From the IMG/VR virus record IMGVR_UViG_2690316195_000004: 43,035 nucleotides of DNA. The stretch is one strand, 5' to 3'. Every line of letters begins with the position of its first letter. Positions within the stretch are counted from its first letter, which is position 1. Of this stretch, positions 18,320-32,228 are shown piece by piece. Source of the stretch: a virus (Duplodnaviria > Heunggongvirae > Uroviricota > Caudoviricetes). A program made the translations under genes and the position numbers. The notes below the pieces were generated by a model. It did not search any database and was not told where the DNA came from. It saw nothing but the letters and a program-made list of their open reading frames with translations.

Positions 18320-18519
18320 GAGGTTGCCCCGTATTCAGTGTCGCTGATTTGTATTGTCTGAAGTTGTTTTTACGTTAAGTTGATGCAGATCAATTAATAC
18401 GATACCTGCGTCATAATTGATTATTTGACGTGGTTTGATGGCGTAGATGCACGTTGTGACATGTAGATGATAATTATTATCATTTTTGCGGGTCCTTTCC
18501 GGCGATCCGACAGGTTACG

Positions 18520-18531
18520 GGGCGGCGACCT
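18520..18531. other. cosN cohesive-end site (GGGCGGCGACCT); cosB follows to about 18700
   Basis: Exact match to the lambda 12-nt cohesive end and to the downstream lambda left-end sequence preceding nu1. Confidence 0.85.
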
Positions 18532-18708
18532 CGCGGGTTTTCGCTATTTATGAAAATTTTCCGGTTTAAGGCGTTTCCGTTCTTCTTCGTCATAACTTAA
18601 TGTTTTTATTTAAAATACCCTCTGAAAAGAAAGGAAACGACAGGTGCTGAAAGCGAGCTTTTTGGCCTCTGTCGTTTCCTTTCTCTGTTTTTGTCCGTGG
18701 AATGAACA

Positions 18709-19224
18709 ATGGAAGTCAACAAAAAGCAGCTGGCTGACATTTTCGGTGCGAGTATCCGTACCATTCAGAACTGGCAGGAACAGGGAATGCCCGTTCTGCG
18801 AGGCGGTGGCAAGGGTAATGAGGTGCTTTATGACTCTGCCGCCGTCATAAAATGGTATGCCGAAAGGGATGCTGAAATTGAGAACGAAAAGCTGCGCCGG
18901 GAAGTTGAAGAACTGCGGCAGGCCAGCGAGACAGATCTCCAGCCAGGGACTATTGAGTACGAACGCCATCGACTTACGCGTGCGCAGGCCGACGCACAGG
19001 AGCTGAAAAATGCCAGAGACTCCGCTGAAGTGGTGGAAACCGCATTCTGTACTTTCGTGCTGTCGCGGATCGCAGGTGAAATTGCCAGTATTCTCGACGG
19101 GATCCCCCTGTTGGTGCAGCGGCGTTTTCCGGAACTGGAAAACCGACATGTTGATTTCCTGAAACGGGATATCATCAAAGCCATGAACAAAGCAGCCGCG
19201 CTGGATGAACTGATACCGGGATAA
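18709..19224 (+). CDS. nu1: Terminase small subunit Nu1, C-terminally truncated by about 10 aa
   Basis: MEVNKKQLADIFGASIRTIQNWQEQGMPVLRGGGKGNEV... matches lambda Nu1 but ends ...DELIPG at a deletion junction (lambda Nu1 is 181 aa). Confidence 0.85.
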   Translation: MEVNKKQLADIFGASIRTIQNWQEQGMPVLRGGGKGNEVLYDSAAVIKWYAERDAEIENEKLRREVEELRQASETDLQPGTIEYERHRLTRAQADAQELKNARDSAEVVETAFCTFVLSRIAGEIASILDGIPLLVQRRFPELENRHVDFLKRDIIKAMNKAAALDELIPG

Positions 19225-19234
19225 CACGCTCACT

Positions 19235-22503
<3,269 letters not shown>

Positions 22504-22523
<20 letters not shown>

Positions 22524-23823
22524 TCTCCCGCATATTGCCAGCATGGCTTTTAATGAGCCGCTGATGCTTGAACCCGCCTATGCGCGGGTTTTCTTTTGTG
22601 CGCTTGCAGGCCAGCTTGGGATCAGTCGCCTGACGGATGCAGTATCCGGCGACAGCCTGACTGCCGGAGAGGCACCCGCGGCGCTGGCGTTATCCGGTGA
22701 TGATGACGGACCACGACAGGCCCGCAGTTATCAGGTCATGAACGGCATCGCCGTGCTGCCGGTGTCCGGTACGCTGGTCAGCCGGACGCGGGCGCTGCAG
22801 CCGTATTCGGGAATGACCGGTTACAACGGCATTATCGCCCGTCTGCAACAGGCTGCCAGCGATCCGATGGTGGACGGCATTCTGCTCGATATGGACACAC
22901 CGGGCGGGATGGTGGCGGGAGCATTTGACTGTGCTGACATCATCGCCCGTGTGCGTGACATAAAGCCGGTATGGGCGCTGGCCAACGACATGAACTGCAG
23001 TGCAGGTCAGCTGCTTGCCAGCGCCGCCTCCCGGCGTCTGGTCACGCAGACCGCCCGGACAGGCTCCATCGGCGTCATGATGGCTCACAGTAATTACGGC
23101 GCTGCGCTGGAGAAACAGGGCGTGGAAATCACGCTGATTTACAGCGGCAGCCATAAGGTGGATGGCAACCCCTACAGCCATCTACCGGGTGATGTCCGGG
23201 AGACACTGCAGTCCCGGATGGATGCAACCCGCCGGATGTTTGCGCAGAAGGTGTCGGCATATACCGGCCTGTCCGTGCAGGCTGTGCTGGATACCGAGGC
23301 TGCAGTGTACAGCGGTCAGGAGGCCATTGATGCCGGACTGGCTGATGAACTTGTCAACAGCACCGATGCGATCACCGTTATGCGTGATGCACTGGATGCA
23401 CGTAAATCCCGTCTCTCAGGAGGGCGAATGACCAAAGAGACTCAATCAACAACTGTTTCAGCCACTGCTTCGCAGGCTGACGTTACTGACGTGGTGCAAG
23501 CGACGGAGGGCGAAAACGCCAGCGCGGCGCAGCCGGACGTGAACGCGCAGATCACCGCTGCGGTTGCGGCAGAAAACAGCCGCATTATGGGGATCCTCAA
23601 CTGTGAGGAAGCTCACGGACGCGAAGAACAGGCACGTGTGCTGGCCGAAACCCCCGGTATGACCGTGGAAACGGCCCGCCGCATTCTGGCAGCTGCACCA
23701 CAGAGTGCACAGGCGCGCAGTGACACTGCGCTGGATCGTCTGATGCAGGGGGCACCGGCACCACTGGCTGCAGGTAACCCGGCATCTGATGCCGTTAACG
23801 ATTTGCTGAACACACCAGTGTAA
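22504..23823 (+). CDS. C: Head maturation protease / scaffold C (S49 ClpP-like)
   Basis: GTG start (VTAELRNLPHIASMAF...), 439 aa as in lambda gpC; overlaps B end. Confidence 0.9.
23218..23823 (+). CDS. nu3: Scaffolding protein Nu3 (in-frame internal start within C)
   Basis: In-frame ATG (MDATRRMFAQ...) at the position corresponding to lambda nu3. Confidence 0.6.
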   Translation: MDATRRMFAQKVSAYTGLSVQAVLDTEAAVYSGQEAIDAGLADELVNSTDAITVMRDALDARKSRLSGGRMTKETQSTTVSATASQADVTDVVQATEGENASAAQPDVNAQITAAVAAENSRIMGILNCEEAHGREEQARVLAETPGMTVETARRILAAAPQSAQARSDTALDRLMQGAPAPLAAGNPASDAVNDLLNTPV

Positions 23824-23832
23824 GGGATGTTT

Positions 23833-24165
23833 ATGACGAGCAAAGAAACCTTTACCCATTACCAGCCGCTGGGCAACAGTGACCCGGCACATACGGCAAC
23901 CGCGCCCGGCGGATTGAGTGCGAAAGCGCCTGCAATGACCCCGCTGATGCTGGACACCTCCACCCGTAAGCTGGTTGCGTGGGATGGCACCACCGACGGT
24001 ACTGCCGTTGGCATTCTGGCGGTTGATGCTGACCAGACCAGCACCACGCTGACGTTCTACAAGTCCGGCACGTTCCGTTATGAGGATGTGCTCTGGCCGG
24101 AGGCTGCCAGCGACGAGACGAAAAAACGGACCGCGTTTGCCGGAACGGCAATCAGCATCGTTTAA
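23833..24165 (+). CDS. D: Head decoration protein D
   Basis: 110-aa [30 protein letters not shown]... matching lambda gpD. Confidence 0.95.
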   Translation: MTSKETFTHYQPLGNSDPAHTATAPGGLSAKAPAMTPLMLDTSTRKLVAWDGTTDGTAVGILAVDADQTSTTLTFYKSGTFRYEDVLWPEAASDETKKRTAFAGTAISIV

Positions 24166-24183
24166 CCTTACCCTTCATCACTA

Positions 24184-24207
24184 AAGGCCGCCTGTGCGGC
24201 TTTTTTT
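24184..24207 (+). terminator. Terminator-like hairpin between D and E
   Basis: GGCCGC-CTGT-GCGGC followed by seven T. Confidence 0.4.
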
Positions 24208-24220
24208 ACGGGATTTTTTT

Positions 24221-25246
24221 ATGTCGATGTACACAACCGCCCAGCTGCTGGCGGCAAATGAGCAGAAATTTAAGTTTGATCCGCTGTTTCTGCGTCTCTT
24301 TTTCCGTGAGAGCTATCCCTTCACCACGGAGAAAGTCTATCTCTCACAAATTCCGGGACTGGTAAACATGGCGCTGTACGTTTCGCCGATTGTTTCCGGT
24401 GAGGTTATCCGTTCCCGTGGCGGCTCCACCTCTGAATTTACGCCGGGATATGTCAAACCCAAGCATGAGGTGAATCCGCAGATGACCCTGCGTCGCCTGC
24501 CGGATGAAGATCCGCAGAATCTGGCGGACCCGGCTTACCGCCGCCGTCGCATCATCATGCAGAACATGCGAGACGAAGAGCTGGCCATTGCTCAGGTCGA
24601 AGAGATGCAGGCAGTTTCTGCTGTGCTTAAGGGCAAATACACCATGACCGGTGAAGCCTTCGATCCGGTTGAGGTGGATATGGGCCGCAGTGCGGCGAAC
24701 AACATCACACAGTCCGGTGGTACGGAGTGGAGCAAGCGTGACAAGTCCACGTATGACCCGACCGACGATATCGAAGCCTATGCGCTGAACGCCAGCGGCG
24801 TGGTGAATATCATCGTGTTTGATCCGAAAGGCTGGGCGCTGTTCCGTTCCTTCAAAGCCGTCAAGGAGAAGCTGGATACCCGTCGCGGCTCTCATTCCGA
24901 GCTGGAGACAGCGGTAAAAGACCTGGGCGAAGCGGTGTCCTATAAGGGGATGTATGGCGATACGGCGATCGTCGTGTATTCCGGACAGTACGTGGAAAAC
25001 GACGTCAAAAAGAACTTCCTGCCGGACAACACGATGGTGCTGGGGAACACTCAGGCACGCGGTCTGCGCACCTATGGCTGCATTCAGGATGCGGACGCAC
25101 AGCGCGAAGGTATTAACGCCTCTGCCCGCTACCCGAAAAACTGGGTGACCACCGGCGATCCGGCGCGTGAGTTCACCATGATTCAGTCAGCACCGCTGAT
25201 GCTGCTGGCTGATCCTGATGCGTTCGTGTCCGTACAACTGGCGTAA
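24221..25246 (+). CDS. E: Major capsid protein E
   Basis: 341-aa ORF MSMYTTAQLLAANEQKFKFDPLF... matching lambda gpE. Confidence 0.95.
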   Translation: MSMYTTAQLLAANEQKFKFDPLFLRLFFRESYPFTTEKVYLSQIPGLVNMALYVSPIVSGEVIRSRGGSTSEFTPGYVKPKHEVNPQMTLRRLPDEDPQNLADPAYRRRRIIMQNMRDEELAIAQVEEMQAVSAVLKGKYTMTGEAFDPVEVDMGRSAANNITQSGGTEWSKRDKSTYDPTDDIEAYALNASGVVNIIVFDPKGWALFRSFKAVKEKLDTRRGSHSELETAVKDLGEAVSYKGMYGDTAIVVYSGQYVENDVKKNFLPDNTMVLGNTQARGLRTYGCIQDADAQREGINASARYPKNWVTTGDPAREFTMIQSAPLMLLADPDAFVSVQLA

Positions 25247-25287
25247 TCATGGCCCTTCGGGGCCATTTTCTCTCTGTGGAGGAGTCC

Positions 25288-25683
25288 ATGACGAAAGATG
25301 AACTGATTGCCCGTCTTCAGGTGCTGGGTGAGCAACTGAACCGTGATGTCAGCCTGACGGGGACGAAAGAAGAACTGGTGCTCCGTGTGGCAGAGCTGGA
25401 AGAGGAGCTTGATGACACGGATGACGCTGCCGGTCAGGACACATCTGTCAGCCCGGAAAATGCGCTGACCGGACATGAAAATGAGGTGGTATCAGCGCAG
25501 CCGGATACCGTGATTGATACGGCTGCTCTGGTCACGGTCGTGGCACTGGTGACGCTGCATACTGATGCACTTCACGCCACGCGGGATGAGCCTGTGGCAT
25601 TTGTGCTGCCGGGAACGGCGTTTCGTGTCTCTGCCGATGTGGCAGCCGAAATGACAGAACATGGCCTGGCCAGAATGCAATAA
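25288..25683 (+). CDS. FI: DNA packaging protein FI
   Basis: MTKDELIARLQVLGEQL... with SD GGAGG; matches lambda gpFI. Confidence 0.85.
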   Translation: MTKDELIARLQVLGEQLNRDVSLTGTKEELVLRVAELEEELDDTDDAAGQDTSVSPENALTGHENEVVSAQPDTVIDTAALVTVVALVTLHTDALHATRDEPVAFVLPGTAFRVSADVAAEMTEHGLARMQ

Positions 25684-25694
25684 CGGGAGGCGCT

Positions 25695-26048
25695 GTGGCT
25701 GATTCCGATAACCTGTTCGATGCTGCCATTGCCCGCGCCGATGAAACGATACGCGGGTACATGGGAACGTCAGCCACCATGACATCCGGTGAGCTGTCCG
25801 GTGCTGTGATACGTGGTGTTTTTGATGACCCTGAAAATATCAGCTATGCCGGACAGGGGGTGCGCGTTGAAGGCTCCAGCCCGTCCCTGTTTGTCCGGAC
25901 TGATGATGTGCGGCAGCTGCGGCGTGGAGACACACTGACCATCGGCGAGGAAAACTTCTGGGTGGACCGGATTTCGCCGGATGATGGCGGAAGCTGTCAT
26001 CTCTGGCTTGGGCGTGGCGTGCCGCCTGCCGTTAACCGTCGCCGCTGA
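25695..26048 (+). CDS. FII: Head-tail connector FII
   Basis: 117-aa ORF (GTG start) matching lambda gpFII. Confidence 0.9.
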   Translation: MADSDNLFDAAIARADETIRGYMGTSATMTSGELSGAVIRGVFDDPENISYAGQGVRVEGSSPSLFVRTDDVRQLRRGDTLTIGEENFWVDRISPDDGGSCHLWLGRGVPPAVNRRR

Positions 26049-26059
26049 AAGGGGGATGT

Positions 26060-26638
26060 ATGGCCATAAAAGGTCTTGAGCAGGCCGTTGAAAACCTCAG
26101 CCGTATCAGCAAAACGGCGGTGCCTGGTGCCGCCGCAATGGCCATTAACCGCGTTGCGTCATCCGCGATATCGCAGTCTGCGTCACAGGTTGCCCGTGAG
26201 ACAAAGGTACGCCGGAAACTGGTAAAGGAAAGGGCCAGGCTGAAAAGGGCCACGGTCAAAAATCCGCAGGCCAGAATCAGGGTTAACCGGGGGGATTTGC
26301 CCGTAATCAAGCTGGGTAACGCGCGGGTTGTCCTTTCCCGCCGCAGACGTCGTAAAAAGGGGCAGCGTTCATCCCTGAAAGGTGGCGGCAGTGTGCTTGT
26401 GGTGGGAAACCGTCGTATTCCCGGCGCGTTTATTCAGCAACTGAAAAATGGCCGGTGGCATGTCATGCAGCGTGTGGCCGGGAAAAACCGTTACCCCATT
26501 GATGTGGTGAAAATCCCGATGGCGGTGCCGCTGACCACGGCGTTTAAACAGAATATTGAACGGATACGGCGTGAACGTCTTCCGAAAGAGCTGGGCTATG
26601 CGCTGCAGCATCAACTGAGAATGGTAATAAAGCGATGA
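26060..26638 (+). CDS. Z: Tail completion protein Z
   Basis: 192-aa ORF matching lambda gpZ. Confidence 0.9.
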   Translation: MAIKGLEQAVENLSRISKTAVPGAAAMAINRVASSAISQSASQVARETKVRRKLVKERARLKRATVKNPQARIRVNRGDLPVIKLGNARVVLSRRRRRKKGQRSSLKGGGSVLVVGNRRIPGAFIQQLKNGRWHVMQRVAGKNRYPIDVVKIPMAVPLTTAFKQNIERIRRERLPKELGYALQHQLRMVIKR

Positions 26639-27030
26639 AACATACTGAACTCCGTGCAGCCGTACTGGATGCACTGGAGAAGCATGACACCGGGGCGACG
26701 TTTTTTGATGGTCGCCCCGCTGTTTTTGATGAGGCGGATTTTCCGGCAGTTGCCGTTTATCTCACCGGCGCTGAATACACGGGCGAAGAGCTGGACAGCG
26801 ATACATGGCAGGCGGAGCTGCATATTGAAGTTTTCCTGCCTGCTCAGGTGCCGGATTCAGAGCTGGATGCGTGGATGGAGTCCCGGATTTATCCGGTGAT
26901 GAGTGATATCCCGGCACTGTCAGATTTGATCACCAGTATGGTGGCCAGCGGCTATGACTACCGGCGCGACGATGATGCGGGCCTGTGGAGTTCAGCCGAT
27001 CTGACTTATGTCATTACCTATGAAATGTGA
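26635..27030 (+). CDS. U: Tail terminator protein U
   Basis: 131-aa ORF matching lambda gpU. Confidence 0.9.
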   Translation: MKHTELRAAVLDALEKHDTGATFFDGRPAVFDEADFPAVAVYLTGAEYTGEELDSDTWQAELHIEVFLPAQVPDSELDAWMESRIYPVMSDIPALSDLITSMVASGYDYRRDDDAGLWSSADLTYVITYEM

Positions 27031-27037
27031 GGACGCT

Positions 27038-27778
27038 ATGCCTGTACCAAATCCTGTAATGCCGGTGAAAGGTGCCGGGACCACCCTGTGGGTTTATAAG
27101 GGAAGCGGTGACCCTTATGCGAATCCGCTTTCAGACGTTGACTGGTCGCGTCTGGCAAAAGTTAAAGACCTGACGCCCGGCGAACTGACCGCTGAGTCCT
27201 ATGACGACAGCTATCTCGATGATGAAGATGCAGACTGGACTGCGACCGGGCAGGGGCAGAAATCTGCCGGAGATACCAGCTTCACGCTGGCGTGGATGCC
27301 CGGAGAGCAGGGGCAGCAGGCGCTGCTGGCGTGGTTTAATGAAGGGGATACCCGAGCCTATAAAATCCGCTTCCCGAACGGCACGGTCGATGTGTTCCGC
27401 GGCTGGGTCAGCAGTATCGGTAAGGCGGTGACGGCGAAGGAAGTGATCACCCGCACGGTGAAAGTCACCAACGTGGGCCGTCCGTCGATGGCAGAAGATC
27501 GCAGCACGGTGACGGCGACAACCGGCATGACTGTGACGCCTGCCAGCACCTCGGTGGTGAAAGGGCAGAGCACCACGCTGACCGTGGCATTCCAGCCGGA
27601 AGGCGCAACCGACAAGAGCTTCCGTGCGGTGTCTGCGGATAAAACAAAAGCCACCGTGTCGGTCAGTGGTATGACCATCACCGTGAAAGGTGTTGCTGCA
27701 GGCAAGGTCAACATTCCGGTCGTATCCGGTAATGGTGAACTTGCTGCGGTTGCAGAAATCACCGTCACCGCCAGTTAA
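27038..27778 (+). CDS. V: Major tail protein V (with C-terminal Ig-like domain)
   Basis: [36 protein letters not shown]... matching lambda gpV. Confidence 0.95.
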   Translation: MPVPNPVMPVKGAGTTLWVYKGSGDPYANPLSDVDWSRLAKVKDLTPGELTAESYDDSYLDDEDADWTATGQGQKSAGDTSFTLAWMPGEQGQQALLAWFNEGDTRAYKIRFPNGTVDVFRGWVSSIGKAVTAKEVITRTVKVTNVGRPSMAEDRSTVTATTGMTVTPASTSVVKGQSTTLTVAFQPEGATDKSFRAVSADKTKATVSVSGMTITVKGVAAGKVNIPVVSGNGELAAVAEITVTAS

Positions 27779-27793
27779 TCCGGGGAGTCAGCG

Positions 27794-28216
27794 ATGTTCC
27801 TGAAAACCGAATCATTTGAACATAACGGTGTGACCGTCACGCTTTCTGAACTGTCAGCCCTGCAGCGAATTGAGCATCTCGCCCTGATGAAACGGCAGGC
27901 AGAACAGGCGGAGTCAGACAGCAACCGGAAGTTTACTGTGGAAGACGCCATCAGAACCGGCGCGTTTCTGGTGGCGATGTCCCTGTGGCATAACCATCCG
28001 CAGAAGACGCAGATGCCGTCCATGAATGAAGCCGTTAAACAGATTGAGCAGGAAGTGCTTACCACCTGGCCCACGGAGGCAATTTCTCATGCTGAAAACG
28101 TGGTGTACCGGCTGTCTGGTATGTATGAGTTTGTTGTGAATAATGCCCCTGAACAGACAGAGGACGCCGGGCCCGCAGAGCCTGTTTCTGCGGGAAAGTG
28201 TTCGACGGTGAGCTGA
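27794..28216 (+). CDS. G: Tail assembly chaperone G
   Basis: 140-aa ORF matching lambda gpG; slippery GGGAAAG at 28192-28198 near its 3' end. Confidence 0.9.
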   Translation: MFLKTESFEHNGVTVTLSELSALQRIEHLALMKRQAEQAESDSNRKFTVEDAIRTGAFLVAMSLWHNHPQKTQMPSMNEAVKQIEQEVLTTWPTEAISHAENVVYRLSGMYEFVVNNAPEQTEDAGPAEPVSAGKCSTVS

Positions 28217-28632
28217 GTTTTGCCCTGAAACTGGCGCGAGAGATGGGGCGACCCGACTGGCGTGCCATGCTTGCCGGGATGTCATCCACGGAGTATGCCG
28301 ACTGGCACCGCTTTTACAGTACCCATTATTTTCATGATGTTCTGCTGGATATGCACTTTTCCGGGCTGACGTACACCGTGCTCAGCCTGTTTTTCAGCGA
28401 TCCGGATATGCATCCGCTGGATTTCAGTCTGCTGAACCGGCGTGAGGCTGACGAAGAGCCTGAAGATGATGTGCTGATGCAGAAAGCGGCAGGGCTTGCC
28501 GGAGGCGTCCGCTTTGGCCCGGACGGGAATGAAGTTATCCCCGCTTCCCCGGATGTGGCGGACATGACGGAGGATGACGTAATGCTGATGACAGTATCAG
28601 AAGGGATCGCAGGAGGAGTCCGGTATGGCTGA
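28198..28632 (+). CDS. T: Tail assembly chaperone T frame (expressed as G-T by -1 frameshift)
   Basis: ORF in the -1 frame overlapping the G end, matching lambda gpT. Confidence 0.85.
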   Translation: MFDGELSFALKLAREMGRPDWRAMLAGMSSTEYADWHRFYSTHYFHDVLLDMHFSGLTYTVLSLFFSDPDMHPLDFSLLNRREADEEPEDDVLMQKAAGLAGGVRFGPDGNEVIPASPDVADMTEDDVMLMTVSEGIAGGVRYG

Positions 28633-31204
28633 ACCGGTAGGCGATCTGGTCGTTGATTTAAGTCTGGATGCGGCCAGATTTGACGAGCAGATGGCCAGAG
28701 TCAGGCGTCATTTTTCCGGTACGGAAACTGATGCGAAAAAAACAGCGGCAGTCGTTGAACAGTCGCTGAGCCGACAGGCGCTGGCTGCACAGAAAGCGGG
28801 GATTTCCGTCGGGCAGTATAAAGCCGCCATGCGTATGCTGCCTGCACAGTTCACCGACGTGGCCACGCAGCTTGCAGGCGGGCAAAGCCCGTGGCTGATC
28901 CTGCTGCAACAGGGGGGTCAGGTTAAGGACTCCTTCGGCGGGATGATCCCCATGTTCAGGGGGCTTGCCGGTGCGATCACCCTGCCGATGGTGGGGGCCA
29001 CCTCGCTGGCGGTGGCGACCGGTGCGCTGGCGTATGCCTGGTATCAGGGCAACTCAACCCTGTCCGATTTCAACAAAACGCTGCTCCTTTCCGGCAATCA
29101 GGCGGGACTGACGGCAGATCGTATGCTGGTCCTGTCCAGAGCCGGGCAGGCGGCAGGGCTGACGTTTAACCAGACCAGCGAGTCACTGACGGCGCTGGTG
29201 AATGCCGGTGTGCGTGGTGGTGAGCAGTTTGAGGCGATCAGCCAGAGTGTGGCGCGTTTCTCCTCTGCATCCGGCGTGGAGGTGGACAAGGTCGCTGAAG
29301 CCTTCGGGAAGCTGACCACAGACCCGACGTCGGGACTGACAGCGATGGCACGTCAGTTCCATAACGTGACGGCGGAGCAGATTGCGTATGTTGCTCAGTT
29401 GCAGCGTTCCGGAGATGAAGCCGGGGCATTGCAGGCGGCGAACGAGGCCGCAACGAAAGGGTTTGATGACCAGACCCGCCGCCTGAAAGAGAACATGGGC
29501 ACGCTGGAGACCTGGGCAGACAGGACAGCACGGGCATTCAAATCCATGTGGGATTCGGTGCTGGATATTGGTCGCCCGGACACTGCCCAGGGAATGCTGG
29601 AGAAAGCAGAAAAGGCTTTTGATGAGGCGGACAAAAAATGGCAGTGGTATCAGAGCCGGAGCCACCGGCGCGGTAAAACCTCAGCATTTCTTGCCAATCT
29701 CCGGGGAGCATGGGAGGACAGAGCGAATGCGCAACTTGGGCTTTCAGCCGCCACGTTGCAGGCCGATCTTGAAAAGGCCAGAGAGATGGCAGCAAAGGAC
29801 TGGGCCGAGTCTGAGGCATCACGGCTGAAATATACCGAAGAGGCGCAGAAGGCTTACGAACGGCTGCAGACGCCGCTGGAGAAATATACCGCCCGTCAGG
29901 AAGAACTGAACAAGGCACTGAAAGACGGGAAAATCCTGCAGGCGGATTACAACACGCTGATGGCGGCGGCGAAAAAGGATTATGAAGCGACGCTGAAAAA
30001 GCCGAAACAGTCCGGCGTGAAGGTGTCTGCGGGCGATCGTCAGGAAGACAGTGCTCATGCTGCCCTGCTGACGCTTCAGGCTGAACTCCGGACGCTGGAG
30101 AAGCATGCCGGAGCAAATGAGAAAATCAGCCAGCAGCGCCGGGATTTGTGGAAGGCGGAGAGCCAGTTCGCGGTACTGGAGGAGGCGGCGCAACGTCGCC
30201 AGCTGTCTGCACAGGAGAAATCCCTGCTGGCGCATAAAGATGAGACGCTGGAGTACAAACGCCAGCTGGCTGCACTTGGCGACAAGGTTACGTATCAGGA
30301 GCGCCTGAACGCGCTGGCGCAGCAGGCGGATAAATTCGCACAGCAGCAACGGGCAAAACGGGCCGCCATTGATGCGAAAAGCCGGGGGCTGACTGACCGG
30401 CAGGCAGAACGGGAAGCCACGGAACAGCGCCTGAAGGAACAGTATGGCGATAATCCGCTGGCGCTGAATAACGTCATGTCAGAGCAGAAAAAGACCTGGG
30501 CGGCTGAAGACCAGCTTCGCGGGAGCTGGATGGCAGGCCTGAAGTCCGGCTGGAGTGAGTGGGAAGAGAGCGCCACGGACAGTATGTCGCAGGTAAAAAG
30601 TGCAGCCACGCAGACCTTTGATGGTATTGCACAGAATATGGCGGCGATGCTGACCGGCAGTGAGCAGAACTGGCGCAGCTTCACCCGTTCCGTGCTGTCC
30701 ATGATGACAGAAATTCTGCTTAAGCAGGCAATGGTGGGGATTGTCGGGAGTATCGGCAGCGCCATTGGCGGGGCTGTTGGTGGCGGCGCATCCGCGTCAG
30801 GCGGTACAGCCATTCAGGCCGCTGCGGCGAAATTCCATTTTGCAACCGGAGGATTTACGGGAACCGGCGGCAAATATGAGCCAGCGGGGATTGTTCACCG
30901 TGGTGAATTTGTCTTCACGAAGGAGGCAACCAGCCGGATTGGCGTGGGGAATCTTTACCGGCTGATGCGCGGCTATGCCACCGGCGGTTATGTCGGTACA
31001 CCGGGCAGCATGGCAGACAGCCGGTCGCAGGCGTCCGGGACGTTTGAGCAGAATAACCATGTGGTGATTAACAACGACGGCACGAACGGTCAGATAGGTC
31101 CGGCTGCTCTGAAGGCGGTGTATGACATGGCCCGCAAGGGTGCCCGTGATGAAATTCAGACACAGATGCGTGATGGTGGCCTGTTCTCCGGAGGTGGACG
31201 ATGA
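28625..31204 (+). CDS. H: Tail tape-measure protein H
   Basis: 859-aa ORF matching lambda gpH (coiled-coil-rich, Gly-rich C-terminus). Confidence 0.95.
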   Translation: MAEPVGDLVVDLSLDAARFDEQMARVRRHFSGTETDAKKTAAVVEQSLSRQALAAQKAGISVGQYKAAMRMLPAQFTDVATQLAGGQSPWLILLQQGGQVKDSFGGMIPMFRGLAGAITLPMVGATSLAVATGALAYAWYQGNSTLSDFNKTLLLSGNQAGLTADRMLVLSRAGQAAGLTFNQTSESLTALVNAGVRGGEQFEAISQSVARFSSASGVEVDKVAEAFGKLTTDPTSGLTAMARQFHNVTAEQIAYVAQLQRSGDEAGALQAANEAATKGFDDQTRRLKENMGTLETWADRTARAFKSMWDSVLDIGRPDTAQGMLEKAEKAFDEADKKWQWYQSRSHRRGKTSAFLANLRGAWEDRANAQLGLSAATLQADLEKAREMAAKDWAESEASRLKYTEEAQKAYERLQTPLEKYTARQEELNKALKDGKILQADYNTLMAAAKKDYEATLKKPKQSGVKVSAGDRQEDSAHAALLTLQAELRTLEKHAGANEKISQQRRDLWKAESQFAVLEEAAQRRQLSAQEKSLLAHKDETLEYKRQLAALGDKVTYQERLNALAQQADKFAQQQRAKRAAIDAKSRGLTDRQAEREATEQRLKEQYGDNPLALNNVMSEQKKTWAAEDQLRGSWMAGLKSGWSEWEESATDSMSQVKSAATQTFDGIAQNMAAMLTGSEQNWRSFTRSVLSMMTEILLKQAMVGIVGSIGSAIGGAVGGGASASGGTAIQAAAAKFHFATGGFTGTGGKYEPAGIVHRGEFVFTKEATSRIGVGNLYRLMRGYATGGYVGTPGSMADSRSQASGTFEQNNHVVINNDGTNGQIGPAALKAVYDMARKGARDEIQTQMRDGGLFSGGGR

Positions 31205-31530
31205 AGACCTTCCGCTGGAAAGTGAAACCCGGTATGGATGTGGCTTCGGTCCCTTCTGTAAGAAAGGTGCGCTTTGGTGATGGCTATTCTCAGCGAGCGC
31301 CTGCCGGGCTGAATGCCAACCTGAAAACGTACAGCGTGACGCTTTCTGTCCCCCGTGAGGAGGCCACGGTACTGGAGTCGTTTCTGGAAGAGCACGGGGG
31401 CTGGAAATCCTTTCTGTGGACGCCGCCTTATGAGTGGCGGCAGATAAAGGTGACCTGCGCAAAATGGTCGTCGCGGGTCAGTATGTTGCGTGTTGAGTTC
31501 AGCGCAGAGTTTGAACAGGTGGTGAACTGA
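31201..31530 (+). CDS. M: Tail tip protein M
   Basis: 109-aa ORF matching lambda gpM. Confidence 0.9.
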   Translation: MKTFRWKVKPGMDVASVPSVRKVRFGDGYSQRAPAGLNANLKTYSVTLSVPREEATVLESFLEEHGGWKSFLWTPPYEWRQIKVTCAKWSSRVSMLRVEFSAEFEQVVN

Positions 31531-32228
31531 TGCAGGATATCCGGCAGGAAACACTGAATGAATGCACCCGTGCGGAGCAGTCGGCCAGCGTGGTGCTCTG
31601 GGAAATCGACCTGACAGAGGTCGGTGGAGAACGTTATTTTTTCTGTAATGAGCAGAACGAAAAAGGTGAGCCGGTCACTTGGCAGGGGCGACAGTATCAG
31701 CCGTATCCCATTCAGGGGAGCGGTTTTGAACTGAATGGCAAAGGCACCAGTACGCGCCCCACGCTGACGGTTTCTAACCTGTACGGTATGGTCACCGGGA
31801 TGGCGGAAGATATGCAGAGTCTGGTCGGCGGAACGGTGGTCCGGCGTAAGGTTTACGCCCGTTTTCTGGATGCGGTGAACTTCGTCAACGGAAACAGTGA
31901 CGCCGATCCGGAGCAGGAGGTGATCAGCCGCTGGCGCATCGAGCAGTGCAGCGAACTGAGCGCGGTCAGTGCCTCTTTTGTACTGTCCACGCCGACGGAA
32001 ACGGACGGTGCCGTTTTTCCGGGACGTATCATGCTGGCCAACACCTGCACCTGGACCTATCGCGGTGATGAGTGCGGTTATCACGGTCCGGCGGTCGCGG
32101 ATGAATATGATCAGCCGACGTCCGATATCACGAAGGATAAATGCAGCAAATGCCTGAGCGGCTGTAAGTTTCGCAATAACGTCGGCAACTTTGGCGGCTT
32201 CCTTTCCATTAACAAACTTTCGCAGTGA
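31530..32228 (+). CDS. L: Tail tip protein L
   Basis: 232-aa ORF matching lambda gpL. Confidence 0.9.
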   Translation: MQDIRQETLNECTRAEQSASVVLWEIDLTEVGGERYFFCNEQNEKGEPVTWQGRQYQPYPIQGSGFELNGKGTSTRPTLTVSNLYGMVTGMAEDMQSLVGGTVVRRKVYARFLDAVNFVNGNSDADPEQEVISRWRIEQCSELSAVSASFVLSTPTETDGAVFPGRIMLANTCTWTYRGDECGYHGPAVADEYDQPTSDITKDKCSKCLSGCKFRNNVGNFGGFLSINKLSQ